Shown here: piece by piece, positions 49,201 to 62,700 of the stretch | Position numbering within the stretch: position 1 is the first letter of the stretch | How the letters are laid out: every line of letters starts with the position of its first letter | NCBI GenBank assembly: GCA_051294905.1 | Contig: CM119371.1 | Location: 15,936,001-16,000,000, forward strand | Source: Botryllus schlosseri | Taxonomy: Eukaryota | DNA length: 64,000 bases | Direction of reading: 5' to 3' | Position numbers and translations under genes: made by a program | Notes under the pieces: model-generated | Seen by the model: only the letters and a program-made list of their open reading frames with translations | Database searches by the model: none | What the model was told of the DNA's origin: nothing

Positions 49201-50849
49201 CGCGCTTCGCACGTATTCGCCAGGCTGCACCAGTGTTGCCAATTTAGCGGTTTTCGCGCTAGATCTAGCGATTTTTCATCCGGTTTAGCGCAAAATCTAG
49301 CGATATTTGAAAAAGTAGAGCGATTATTTAGCGCTTTTTTACCGAAAATAACCAATAAAGAAAACTATCGAAGGTGTACGTCTGTGGTCTGTCCATATCA
49401 GGGGTGAGCAACCCGCGGCCTACAGGCCATATGTGGCCCGTGAGAAGGCTTTGAGTAGCCCGCGACCTAATTTCCCATTATATTATCTAAATTCTGTTAT
49501 ATTATCGAAATTGAATTGCTCAGATTGTGAACTCGCTAGGCCAACCAAAAATATGATTAGTCTGGCCGCGGCACTTGGGATGTTGATGACTGGACTAAAA
49601 TATCAGTTTCGACGCATTGGCAGATCCAGGGTCCAGTCACATTTTTAGTAAATCGTCGTATATTACAATAAACTAAAAAAGCACTTTACTCAGTGCCACA
49701 GCATTAAAATTCTGATGCGGCGTTTTAACACTGGCACTGTACTCATTGCCATTAGGCCATACAGCTAAATTCAATCTTTAAATGTGCGATTATTATTCAA
49801 CTGTAACTGTAGTAAGAGCAAAATAGGCGGATATAATGACGTGATCAATAAAAATTCGATATACCAAATGGCCAATGGTTCGACGTTCGATATTGGTGCA
49901 CCAGTCCATCCGGTGTCGATCAAGTTTATCGGAACAATATTTTCCCGTTGAAATGAATCGAATAATCGAAATAAACACTGTGCCATGCACATTGCGCCAT
50001 GCCCATAACGAATTAAAATATGCATTATGCACATTTCACATTTACAAGTTTACGAAACAGATGATTACAAATTGGAAATCGCGTATCACATCAGTAGTTT
50101 GTCTCCATACCATGGGTTTTCGGGCTACTCTTCTTTCATCCCCTATTTAAGCTCGAAAATCCTTACTGGAGTGAATGACAATGATGCGCAGTAATGAATT
50201 GCATTAGCACACATAATTGCATACTCGCAATAACACCGCCCACTTTCGCGGCCCGACTAAAGAACTATCACGAAAAAACGTGTATTTGCTTATCCGATTA
50301 ATAGCAACGATGAGATGGAATTTCTCGGCCCGTGCTCGTCATATCGACATGTGGAACGAAATCACGTTTTTATCGTCTCTCCCATTTCGCGTAATACATA
50401 GTGATCGTTATTTTCGAACCGTATACAATTGACCAACAAGATTGTGCTGATGGTGAAATTGCGGGTATGCCGAATACCCACAATATTCACAGGCATATTT
50501 CGAATACCGAGGTTCGACACTCATGTATGAAAATTGAACATTGAACATACAACTGCTCTGCTGTTAAACCCCCAGGAACATGGTTAGTCGGAAAAGGTAA
50601 CGCAAAAGAGGAAAAAATTCTTAATTTCGCGAAGGCCTGCTGTTGAATTCGGTGAACTCAGAAGATATGGTTGTTGCATATATAATAGCATCTTATGAAA
50701 TACGTCGGAGCCGGAGCTACCCCTCAAATAACGGGCTCCAGCTCCGGCTCCGGCCAAATTTTATGTAGAGCTCCGGATCCGGCTCCAGCTCCGGTAAAAA
50801 GGCACGGCTCCGGGGCTCCGGATCCGGCTCCAAAGCCCTGGTTTCAAAC

Positions 50850-51096
50850 TATCGATCTCGCCTTCCATGACAAGCCACCCCCTTTTTTGTCGCTTGCTTT
50901 TTTTCTATACTATCTTCTTTCAGTTTTCATTCAGTGTACATGCCTCCTCTTTACATTGCCTATGGGCCAAGGTGGGTGTCTGATTCCATAGACTACTCCA
51001 AGTCGCTTCGTCACCTTCCTATCTTTTCATTGTATCGCATTTTTGTGGTGTATTGAACAGAAAAAAATTGCTAATAAATCAATTAGGATGATGATA
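50850..51096 (+). mobile_element. CR1/L2-group LINE 3' UTR fragment
   Basis: Reverse-complement match to 57255-57487. Ends with GATGATGAT. Confidence 0.8.
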
Positions 51097-52229
51097 GGCC
51101 ATATTTACTGTCGTAGAATATTTCCTAATATTTCATATGGGCGACAATGCGGTATGAACGGAACCACGCAACCCGCTACCTAAATTATATTCACCGATAC
51201 GTTCGTGAAATCATATTAGTCTACTGTGAGCGAAGCGCGACGAAAATTCTGGGCTTTGCTTGACTTTTATGATAATTAAATGTTGATACTCCGCGGAAAC
51301 AGCCCCGAAATTCCTTAGGCTATCCTTCTAATTGGCGGATTAAACTACTTCTACTTGACAAATGGAAGATAACGAAAAGTAATAAAGTAGATCACAAAAT
51401 ATTCCGAAGCAGAAGTATTTCGTTACTGACCACCTCTGTACCTGAGTGATACAGCTGGTATAGTTGAGTGATGTCTGACTATTTCGCGCATCCCAGAAAT
51501 AGTTTTGACGTGATACATTTTATGCAGAGAGATACCTTGGTGATACAGCTGATACAACTGATAACGCTTTATATCTACTGGGCTTCTGTATGGCATTCTA
51601 CCGACAATTTTGAAATATTAGGCCACTCGTCACTACTGTAGTTGTCGATTGTTGCATGATCAACAGCGTCATGATCCGCATTTATTTTTAGAAATTAGTG
51701 CAACAGTAGCTTTCGATCAAGACCAGATACTGTAAATTCTGCGATCTGGATGATTACTTTGGGATTGTCAGAAATCCTACAGTCGCTGCCGCGAAACAAT
51801 TCAGATGTCAGCCGCAGCGAAACGGAACGAAGCTGCAAAATCGCTCGTTGCCATCAAAAAACTCAGTACGGAATTCACCCGCAGGGGCAAGTAAACGTTT
51901 TATATCATAATTTAAAACTTCATCGCATCGAACAGTTTTACACTTTGTACGTCATTGATGATCACATACGTTACCACTATCTCGTACCTCAAGTTTATTT
52001 TATCATCAAAATAACAAGTTGTAATACCTCTCGGCCATAACGCACAATTAATGACAACTAAATCGACCTACTTTATATGCCGACTTCCTACGTTTATCGC
52101 ACAGCACAGGACGCTACTAGAGTAGCCAATATACCTAGCTTCTCTACAACATTTTAAATCACCAGTATTGAACCCCTAATTATTATTTTGAATTGCTTGT
52201 TTCTCAAAATTCATACCAAGTTCGGCGAA

Positions 52230-53110
52230 TGCTGGTTTGGAAGATGTGGCCGCCAGCAGTGTGGATTCCATCCCATAAAACCATTTTATCAGAACGATGC
52301 CCTAATGAACTATCTATTTTCACTATCGAGCTTTTGGCCATATATGCTGCGTTGCGATGGATATTAGGACAGAATGCACCGTCGAAATACGTGATTCTTT
52401 CTGATTGCCTGAGTGCTCTAAAATTAATAAGTTCTTGCCCTTCTAGACCAATCGATGGATTCCTTGCAGAAATTTTCTCGCTACACGTGCGCATTACGGA
52501 AATAGGTGTCAGCGTCAAATTTGTATGGATACCAGGACACGCGGGGATACCTGGAAACGAATACGCCGACATAAATTAACAACTGCGCGTTACCCTGTTC
52601 CTCAAAAAGACGTTAAGCACTTGTCCGCTATCACTGCAAAAGGGTGTTGGAACATTGAGTATCAATCTGATACCAGAGGTTCCCACTATAAAAAGTCTGT
52701 GGAATCAATTTTCGTATTACCGCCTCGAGCATCCATTCGAGTATACGACCGTATATTATTCCGTCTGAGGACGGGTCATTGTCTCCTGAACTCGTATTTA
52801 TACCGTATCAACTGCTCGGAGACCCCCAATTGTGGAACATGCGGCACTCCAGAAACAGTATCGCATTTTATATTATATTGTCCTTTATTTGATTTTCACC
52901 GACGATTTTTAGTTGAATCTTGCAACTATTACGGCATCGTATTTTCACTTGAGAATGTTCTGACGTCTCCTCAGCTGGTAACCCCGGTGGGGGAATTTGT
53001 TCTGTCGTGTGCGAAATATTGATGAAATATTGTTTACGCTAATCATCTCATACGTGGTGCAAAAGACCTAATCGGTCATAAGCGCGACTATTCAAATATT
53101 AATAATAATA
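52230..53110 (+). mobile_element. 5'-truncated I-group LINE (RNase H + CCHC), (TAA)n tail
   Basis: SIFTIELLAI, LSDCLSAL, WIPGHAGIPGNEYAD, RLRTGH, CGTC..ETVSHFILYC. TSD (ata)ccaagttcggcgaa at 52213-52229 and 53111-53127. Confidence 0.93.
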
Positions 53111-56100
53111 ATACCAAGTTCGGCGAAATAGAATTTTTTATTAATTTCATTTCGTCATTCAATTTCGCTCTTGCACGCCATTTCGTATTCCGTAGGCGCA
53201 TTTTTTAATATTATTGCCGCATATGCGTTAACAATACCCCCTATTTGTTATTGGATTACATTACCTATCTACATAATCAGGGCTCATTCCAACTTGCCAC
53301 AAATTTCGCCATCGCTCTCAATCGTCAACCAATAATTCATAATCATATATTACACGTTATATAGTGATTGTTTGTATTGGCTTCGTAAGGAACAGGTGCG
53401 ACGTGCCCTCATACCGCAATTCCCTGGATTCCGCGCGCGCTCGCGCTCTGCCTCACGTCTTATAAGGAGGTATGGGGAATATATCTTACTTGAGGCTAAA
53501 GCCGGTCTATGAGAAAATGTACCTTTCGCCATAACTGTTGCCCATGGTTATGATGCGAAACGGCATCGGATCCAATAGCTTGAAATGTGCCCATTCATGA
53601 GTGCTCTTCGACGGCCTCTTTTCTGTAATTTGTTGCATCCTAATGATACCAGAAGTCTCCGACAACTGTTCTGGGAACTAAGGAACTCAGAATGATCGAT
53701 TGCTGCGCCGGAAAGCGTTGCTGTCGCATTCTTGACATACATTACCAGACTTCGTGTAACCGCCGTCCATTCTTCCGGGTTGTTATTTTGGCAACGAATC
53801 TACTAACTAGCCTGAGGGCATGTCAGGATGTCACCGATGCGCTGAAATGCCAACAAAATCATTCTAAATCATGTCGACGTTCGTCCGTATTTGAGTCAAT
53901 TTTGGCTTAGAAATACAAAACCGCAGCAATTATTGATAAACGTGCTCATGCTCAAGCCCTACATAACTAGCAATATAGGCATGCATCTAAAAGTACATAC
54001 CCAACAATAGGGGTATGGGAGGAAAAGCTTTTGTGGATGCGAAATAGACAGTGAGCCACAAAAGTAGATATAAAGCACTTAATACTAAATAGTGTAGATG
54101 ACGGCATGACGCACTGGAAAGTACTTTACACATATCTAGGACAAACTGCAACAAAGTGAAAGCAAATATATCCCATCACTGAAACGAAATCCGAAATTAA
54201 TCTAGGCTCGTATATTTATGGACAGTATTACCAATTAAAAATAAAGTATTTGTCTCTGCCATGATGCATACCAAATAGGTCTACGGCAATGATGTGCTCA
54301 ATATTGACGATATTTGTTATTTCTCATTAAAGGTAAAATACCGCCATATTGGTAAGTCGAGTATGACCTATAGTCGATCAGAGATATATGTTTTTAGTCT
54401 TTTTAATCTTGGAAATGCACTTTCAGCAGTACAGTCCGCATTTTTCAATCGCTGTAAGATGAGTCTTGCACTTTGCCCGATTAACCGATTTATGAGGTAT
54501 GCTCCATTGCGAATACTTGAATCCATCCTTTGATTTGTGGACTTTCAGGCATGGACAGCGTTCCATAGTCTTGTCATTTTCATTACAAGTTATCCGGGGT
54601 AAATTTTGAAGAATTGGATCGAAATCTCTTGTTTCTTTCTCATCGCCATATTTCTTTAAGAGAGAGAGAGAGAGGGAGAGCATCTTTATTCGTATTCATT
54701 CCATATCAACATAACACTGCAAAAATGTAACAGTGAAATGCGACATGCAAGGTAAACGGGAGGCTCGATATGACAAAGACTTCGGATCCGAGTCACCCTG
54801 GAGAGGAGCAATATTCAGTCGATAATGGATAATGGAAATTTTCATGCTCTGTTCACACGCTTTTCATGGTGCCGTTAACTCCATTAAAGGCAAACCAAGA
54901 GTCATCGAATTGATAACTTTGCGATTAACGTATTGCCTTGAAAAAATATACCTTCTACTCTAGATATATACCTACTACATGTATATTGTACAATTTTCTG
55001 CCAATGCTATTGTAATATAGTAAGGGAACAGATTAGAGTATTCCTTTGAAATTATCGTTTAAATAAAATAATCAAATCGCAAAAAATTCCAAACTTTTGG
55101 GGATTCGACCCCATCCCTCGCATACCCCACTCATACGCTGGTGTTCCCAACCCGAAAGTCAGTTATCAGATTAATATTTCTGTCATCAAATTATGATCAC
55201 GTTACTCTGATAATTACTTATGTTATATGGTTTTCCAAACACTCGCCGTCAACTTTGACCAATCTGCATATCTTCACCTGGTTAATCGGTCTTTCAGTCT
55301 TTCAGATATATTTGATTAGCCAACTCGCAATTGCAGTTGAGGCATTATACTTCCTCGTCCGCGTAGCTCCCCTCTTAAACTATCAAGTACTCCCGTTTCT
55401 CGTCGTATAGGCAAGATCAATAGTAAACGGGGTCTCGTCGAGGGGGTCTTTCGTTCCGCGACTTGCAATGCAATATCTCTCGAATACTTTTCTGAATCGT
55501 CCCATCTTCGGTTCATCGGCTTTGTGAAGCGCTTCTGGCGCATTTTATTGCGCTGACGCGTTGTATATGTTTAGTTACTAGTGCGCTTGGCCGATTTAAT
55601 CAATATATCATTTCTGGCTGGTGGACATGCGACCTTCACCCATCTATATTCTAACAGGTGAAACTCATTTAATGCCCGTCAATGGCTCGTCAGATTTGGT
55701 GTTCTAGTCTGATAATGGATATATATTTCAGTAATTTGCTTCGAGAGTTCGTTTCAGTGGTGTTTTTATCGCCACAATTGAGTGGATAATTCATGTTGAC
55801 ACCATATATCATAATATAACATAAAATACTCTACACCCAATTTATCTATACTTATCATGTATGCAAATTTAAACCCACATGCATCCCGAAGATGAGTCAC
55901 ATATAGAATTATATTTGATTTATCGAATTCATTTTCAAGCAGATTATGCTCCATTGTTTGGTTACGTAACCTATTCACGTTAAGGCCGAAGTACCTCTAT
56001 AACAGAGAAAATCGTTTAATGAAGTCCCTGCCAATATTAACCCTCTTAAACAAAGACAAGTACTCCCTAATACACATTAATTAGTTTCTCCACTTCACTT

Positions 56101-57242
56101 GACAAATCAAAACCATTGTATAACATCCTCATCATTATATAATTATAAGCTCTGAGACCTTTTTGGGATATCTTCCGCATTCTGCATTTACGATAATATG
56201 ACCAATAAATACCTAAATATATTGATTCCGTATCGGTTAAGCTGTGTACCGCTCTCTCTGAGATTGAAATCGGATTATGAATCTATACGTGTCGTATATA
56301 TCTATATCGATACATTATAGCTGACGAATCACATTCCAAGTTTCGAAAAATACATAACTACATCTATTGTCATCAGATAACGAGATCTAGCCCTATGTTG
56401 TCGAAATCGACCAATTTGTTTGCAATTCTTTCGGGTTGGGCAACATTCTTTCGGGTATTATCCGAATCATCTCGAAAGGAAAGCTACACAACTACTTTCA
56501 TTGTCGTCACACAACGTCAATCATACCATAATGTCTTCGATATCTATTACATTTTTGCAAAACTAAAAATAACTTTGGAAACATGCAATTGCCGCATTTC
56601 GAGGAGACATTTGGTTTTATCATGCATTGCAAAAACTTTATTCATTATTATCACAGGTTAAGCGAAATAAGTGAGGCTTTCTCGCATTTAACATTGCAAT
56701 CTTATGCCTATCATCTGTTAATCACCATCAAGCAATATATGACGTAATCAGAAATTTTATGTAAGTCCTGATCTGCATTGGCTTTACCATTTCGTAGGCT
56801 TACAGTTGTCGTATATATTCAACCTTTACTTTAAGTCAAATAAATCGCATACATGTATAATTGTATATTGACTGTAACAATTTTTTACAGTACTAACTGA
56901 TTCTTAGCTGAAATACTGCGCTACGCTGTAAGGCGCGGGCAATTCCGTCTTGTCATTTATAGGCTACGTTAGTTATCATCAGTGGCACCAATATTAGTAA
57001 GTTAGTTCGACGATTAATATTGACTGCTTCCACTATTACCATTTCCTATTCAACATCGTGCGGGTAGCCTCCCTCGTAGTATACTCACTATCCGACACTC
57101 GTCAATCACTTTAATGTTAACGGAATCTTCCGTATTTCAAAAAATACTGATGTTAATGTTCGTCAAACAAAAAGGCATTCTTGTCAAGACACACCGATAC
57201 ACGGCGCCACTCAAGCCTGATATATTGTTATGACACAATATA

Positions 57243-58165
57243 TCATCATCATCATCATCATTGGTTTTTTAGCAATTTTATCAGTTCAATACACCACAAA
57301 AATGCGATACAATGAAAAGACAGGAAGATGTCGAAGCGACAAGGAGTAGTCTATGGAATCGGACACCCACCTTGGCCTAGGCGATGTAAAGAGGAGCCAT
57401 GCACTCTGAATGAAAGTAAAGAAGATAGTATAGAAAAAGAATGCGACAAGAAATAGGGCGGCATGTCATGGGAAGCGAGATCGATAGGTCAGTCGTGGCC
57501 CGGTAATCTTGAGGATGGACTGTATTTATTTAGTAGTAATTGCTTGTATTTCGACTTGAATGTGGACATGCTCGTCGACTGTCGGATGGCCGGCGGGATA
57601 CTGTTCCACACATCAGGTCCGGCATATTTGATGGAGCGATGATCTTTTCGGTCGATCATATGATATTTGGACGACGTGGACGCGCGTGTGTTGTACTTGT
57701 GCGCTTTTGATTCAGAGGTAAAGAAGTCATTGAAATATTCGGGGCAACGACCGCAGTGAAACTGACACATAAACTTGGCGATTTCTAGTTTCCGCATATC
57801 TTCTATGTTTAGGACGCCGAATCTCTTCAGCAGCGACTTATTGGATGGGCAGCCAGGCCCCTTTGGGGCCCTAGCTATGATTCGGAGTACTTTATGCTGT
57901 AGTTTCTGCAGTGGCTTGAGTGCAGTTTTACTGGCAGCCTGGCAGCCTGTAACTTCGATTGGATTAAGGATTTAAAGAGTATCAGAAGAACCCATGCTGG
58001 CATGAAGCGCCCAAGGCTGTAGAACAGGCCGCACTTCGGTGATAATTTAGTTTCTAGGGACTGAATATGACTCTTCCAGGACATGTTCGAGTCCAGTAAA
58101 ACTCCGAGATATTTGGCATTATCTGTGTTGGAAACGGGCTGACCAGCGATATTGATTAAGGTGTC
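57243..58165 (-). mobile_element. 5'-truncated CR1/L2-group LINE with (TGA)n tail
   Basis: AKYLGVLLDSNMSWKSHI, HKYNTR, YAGPDVWNSIP..FKSKYK. The 3' UTR ends in TGA repeats. Confidence 0.9.
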
Positions 58166-59091
58166 AACATAGCTGTCACACCCGTACCTGCATCCACTAA
58201 GTAGGCGTTATCCCTTAAGTGTGCCGTTAGCTCTTGCAAAGAGGCACCCGAATAGTCTTCGAGTTTAATAAATTTTCTACTGCAATGGATGTATTATTGA
58301 AAGCTATATTCAAGTTCTGTACCACGAACCAGCTATTAAAGAAAAATTTCCAGTCAAATAAATATGCTGTGGAATATTCTACTTAATGGGCATATACGAA
58401 GATCTGTGATGATTGTGGATGGCCCCAATGGTTACACCAATTCGTCGAAACTCATGTTTTAGTCATTATCAAATTTCGCTATCAGGCTAATCAAATTTTG
58501 ATTGGCCTTGCAATTTTACCTGATGTATATCTAATTTCGGGAATTACCTCGCTGGCCACATAAAACGGTTTGGCCGCCCCTGGCCTGTATCGTTACTAAT
58601 AACAGTGATTGGTGGTACATAAAAATCCTATTATAGTTATTATATTAGTAATTTAAAGATACCTTTGAAATCAATTGTTTTCGTGATAGACAAATTGGAG
58701 TCGGAGTGGCAGTCGAAGTCAGGGTCATTTTCACAAATTCCGACTCCGACTCCAGTCAGTATTTTTTCCACGACTCCGACTCCGACTCCATCAAGCGGAA
58801 ATTAGCCAAACTCCGACTCCACCGACTCAGAGATGAGCATGGATTAGGATTAGGTTTTGAAAAAACAGGATTTGTAAAATTTTGTCGGATTTGGATTAGA
58901 CATTTTTTTCAGAACGGATTAGGATTTGGATTGGATTTACCTATTTTCTGGGAGATTGAAATGTCGTGTGGCGAATGGCGACAAACTTTATTCAGATCAG
59001 TTATTAATGTAATTATGGTTACTAAGTTATCTTGAATCAAGTGAATGGTTGGTTGTGAAAGAAAATTTTCGAATCCCTCCATTGCATAAAT

Positions 59092-61846
59092 AGGCCTTTT
59101 GCAGGACTTCGATCACGTGACTAGATACGCATAGCAACAACAAATTGGTTAGCAAGCTACTTTCTCGCGCACCTGCTTCAGTGCTAAATATCGCACAGTG
59201 TACTGTTGATTTCTGGTTGTAAACGTTTCGGAAATTTGTTGTAGAAGTCATCAGAGATTTACCTATGCTAGATGTCAATCCTGTACAAAGCACATAGAAT
59301 GATATCGTCAGAATTACGCAGAAATCCGTCGTTAACGTAGCCGTATTTCGGATACAGTATATTATCGTTTTCGGGCTTTAAACGTTCGCAAGTTTCATGC
59401 AGATGCGCAAGGATTCAAATATGTTGGATGTCTTTGATTCATGAACTATGTAAACTCCTTGCGTCAAAATGATCGACATTGTAGCCGTTATTTGGTAGTC
59501 AACTATGATTTTATGACACAAAATTCGACATTGCAGGACATTGACTGCGTGATATTTATTGCAGCATTAAGTTAGGTGTGGATAGTATACTATAGTTGTA
59601 TTGTAGCGGTAGTTGGTAATCATTGCAGCATTTTGATGATTGATATCGATTGCAATATATATAGGATACTGCTATTTTTAAGCCTAAGAGGCAATGACTG
59701 CCAGTGCCAGTACGTTGATGTGTTATGAATTCATGCAATGTGCTACATACCATATATATATTAAATATCCTAAGCTATTGTATGACTTCTCAGTTAAACA
59801 ATTAAAAATATTTAGACCTCTACACCTATATTACAAGTTATTGATCATTCTGTCATGCTGCCAAGTGCCCCTACCCGAAGGAGAATGATCATCAGCTCCA
59901 ATTGAGGGTGAAACAAAATGTCCCGGGGCCTGGATTACTTGATTGATTGCCTGGATTGGATTACTTCACTCTATGGCACAGTGCAAATACTTCGAGTTTC
60001 AAGACATATGGCTATACCACATGCATACGGATTAATGATCTGATGGATTATCCCAAGAGAGCCGAACATAGGCAACTAAGAAATTGATGATGCCTTCGTC
60101 AAGAATTCAGCCTGGAGCCAATTATTATCACCACATAAAATTTGGTCATGCGGTGGAAGGCAGCGTGGTTTCATGCCTACAGAAAATGTCAGCAGATGAT
60201 CTGACCACTGACTAAATGTCCTGAACTTCTTTCCCGATGTTGATGTCTGCTTTGAAAATGATATTTCATTTGTGTACAGCAAGACAAGCGCTCTTCCGTG
60301 GATGCTATGAATATGTCTAGACAAGTGGCTATGGAGGTAGAGGAAAATACATAGGCATAACAGTCTCGGCAGTAATTGAACTTGATAAGGTTAACATCCA
60401 TTTTTCTTCAACTATTTCTTATGCTCTGGGTATCGAATACACAAAAATAATAATAAATCGATCTTCTTTGCAAGTGTATTTGTAAATTCAATGAATCAAA
60501 GAATATCATAAGTTCAGAATATTACGGAGTCAATGCGAAAGAAACAATGTTAGTCGTCTTTAGAGGATGTTTCTGAGTTGGTTGAGCCAATACACAGAGG
60601 GGGTCAGCAACGAAGTACTATTTTACCCGAGTACTAGCGTCATTATGAGTTTAGGCTACTTCCACTTCTACTTGACACTTTTTAGGTAGTACTTTTTTGT
60701 CAGGTTTGGGATTTTGTCAACTAGAAAGTAGCTTTGGCGCATGATTGCATCCCCTTCAAGCGTGAGGTTGTCATAACAACTGGGCAAAATAGCCCCAGTA
60801 CCACGGTAACTAAATTAATTTTTGAAAATTGCACTTGTTTGTGGTGTCATCACCCTTTTGCGTTGATCAAGAAGATGCAACATGCAATGTTTACAGTTGT
60901 CACATGGCATCAATTTCTAAAACTAAGTGACCCTCAACCAAATCTACTTCATGTAACGAATTTCTTGACCGCTTTTTAGAAATTCATTTCTACTTCCACT
61001 TAAAGTACTTTGGACATGGACATGTCCTGGATGTAATTAGTGCTACTTGTACTGGAGTATAAATTAAGGCATTACTTCTACTCGGTTCCCAACAATGACC
61101 ACGTCTGGGTATAGGATGACCGAACTTGTCACTGCGTTTGAGCTGCTCTAAGAGTTATATGATAGTTACTTCCCTTAGTTCGCTAAATATCGCACATATG
61201 TGAGATCAACTATTTAGCAAAATCGAGTGTGATTTGCCAAATCCACTTCAATCACAGTTGCGAAGTAGTGGTAATAAAATAGGCATTGTATAAGGCAACA
61301 ATAAAGTGCACTGATTTGCTTAGTCTTGACGGCAGGTTCTCCCAAAAGATACGTCCGATGTGTTCAGCGACATTTGTTTTATAGCAGCACGCCAGCACCC
61401 AAACCAGCAGACAGTATATCCTGATCCTTGCGGGTCCCGGCTGCTTCAGCCATATCTTCCATCCAAAATCAGGCTCCACAACAGACAAATAGTACTGCTT
61501 GAACTAACAAATACTCTTACCAGAATATAAGCCAATCGCTTTACTTCAAATGCATAAATTTAAGTACATATGATCAGAGTTGAATACCGTAATACGACTA
61601 CGTTACCGATGGATTTCTACGTAATTCTGACGATATCATTCTAAATGCTTTGTACAGGATTGACATCTAGCATAGGTGAATCTCTGATGACTTCTACAAC
61701 AAATTTCTGAAACGTCTACAACCAGAAATCAACAGTACACTATGCGATATTTAGCACTGAAGCAGGTGCGCGAGAAAGTAGCTTGCTAACCAATTTGTTG
61801 TTGCTATGCGTATCTAGTCACGTGATCGAAGTCCTGCAAAAGGCCT
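59092..61846. mobile_element. ISL2EU-like non-autonomous element with ~265-bp TIRs
   Basis: 59092-~59355 is the inverted copy of ~61582-61846. Termini AGGCC/GGCCT are flanked by AT. The superfamily is inferred from termini and TSD only. Confidence 0.8.
60595..61107. mobile_element. Old TACTT-repeat MITE (innermost layer of the nest)
   Basis: CAGAGGGGGTCA / TGACCACGTCTG imperfect termini. Related fragments at ~1467, 31878-32138 and 51340-51439. Confidence 0.55.
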
Positions 61847-62479
61847 ATTAGTATTTTTTCTAAATTTCCAGTTGGAATTGGATTAGGATTGGACATGGAC
61901 TTGAATATGAAAAAGTTATGGATTAGGATTAGGATTTGGATTTGAAGGTTCGGATTTGGATTGGATTAGGACATAGAAATTTCAAATCCGCTCATCTAAT
62001 CACCGACTTCGACTCTACATCTACACCCCTGGTTACAACCACCGACACCGACAATATTCGAGTTCTTGGTTGTTTATATAGCTCAGTGGTCGCTACCTCC
62101 CAGAGATGAGTGGAATTGAAATTTCTATATCTTAATCCAAATCCATAACTTAATCCTAATCTTAATCCGATTGAAACTTTGAATTCCACTTGGAACTACT
62201 CAAAAACATTGGAAATTCAATGCTCCGTGTTCTGAATCTCAAGAAATCGACGACACAAAGGGCGATACGTGACGCGATTTTCCCTTGCAGGACGAGTTGT
62301 TAGAAGTGAGCATGCAGAGAAACTATACTTCCTGCATTGCAATCTACATCTACTGGACTGACCAGCAATTCTGTATCACGTTTCTATTTTTAGGTTATCC
62401 CAAATTTCAATGAACGTGCTCAATGAAGCAATATTTCTTTTGAATTTGAAATATTTCGTTTGTTGTTCAGCTTCAGCTC

Positions 62480-62700
62480 GAGCGAGATAGTGTAATGGTT
62501 ATGCGTCCGGCTTCTCGAGCGGTAGGTCGTGGGTTCGATCCCCGTGTCATACCAAAGACTCGAAAATCACGGATAGCATGGAGGAGGGAAAAAAACGGGG
62601 GCGCAGACTAGATGACCTCATGGGGCCGTATCGCAACTCCGTCGTCAAAGCATATCGATGGTGCAGGCGAAAAAGAATATCATATATCTTTCTCTCTTTC
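62480..62700 (+). mobile_element. tRNA-derived SINE, copy 2 (central deletion)
   Basis: TAGTGTAATGG A box and GGGTTCGATCCC B box. Colinear with 26779-27058 but lacks ~50 bp of the centre. Confidence 0.8.

Larger units (their letters stand above)
58828..62000. mobile_element. hAT-like MITE (CAGAGATGAGC termini, GGATTA repeats)
   Basis: 8-bp TSD caccgact (58820-58827, 62001-62008). Right end GCTCATCT(aat). Confidence 0.82.
58697..62031. mobile_element. GGAGTC/GACTCC-repeat MITE (outermost layer of the nest; left TIR lost)
   Basis: ggagtcggag and ctccgactcc repeats at 58697-58827 resume at 62001 and end ACACCCCTG. Confidence 0.65.

Noticed and set aside
53350..55560. Possible exons at ~53520-53870 and ~55320-55545
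   Set aside because: Locally higher GC but no recognisable domain, consistent frame or splice chain. Left unannotated.
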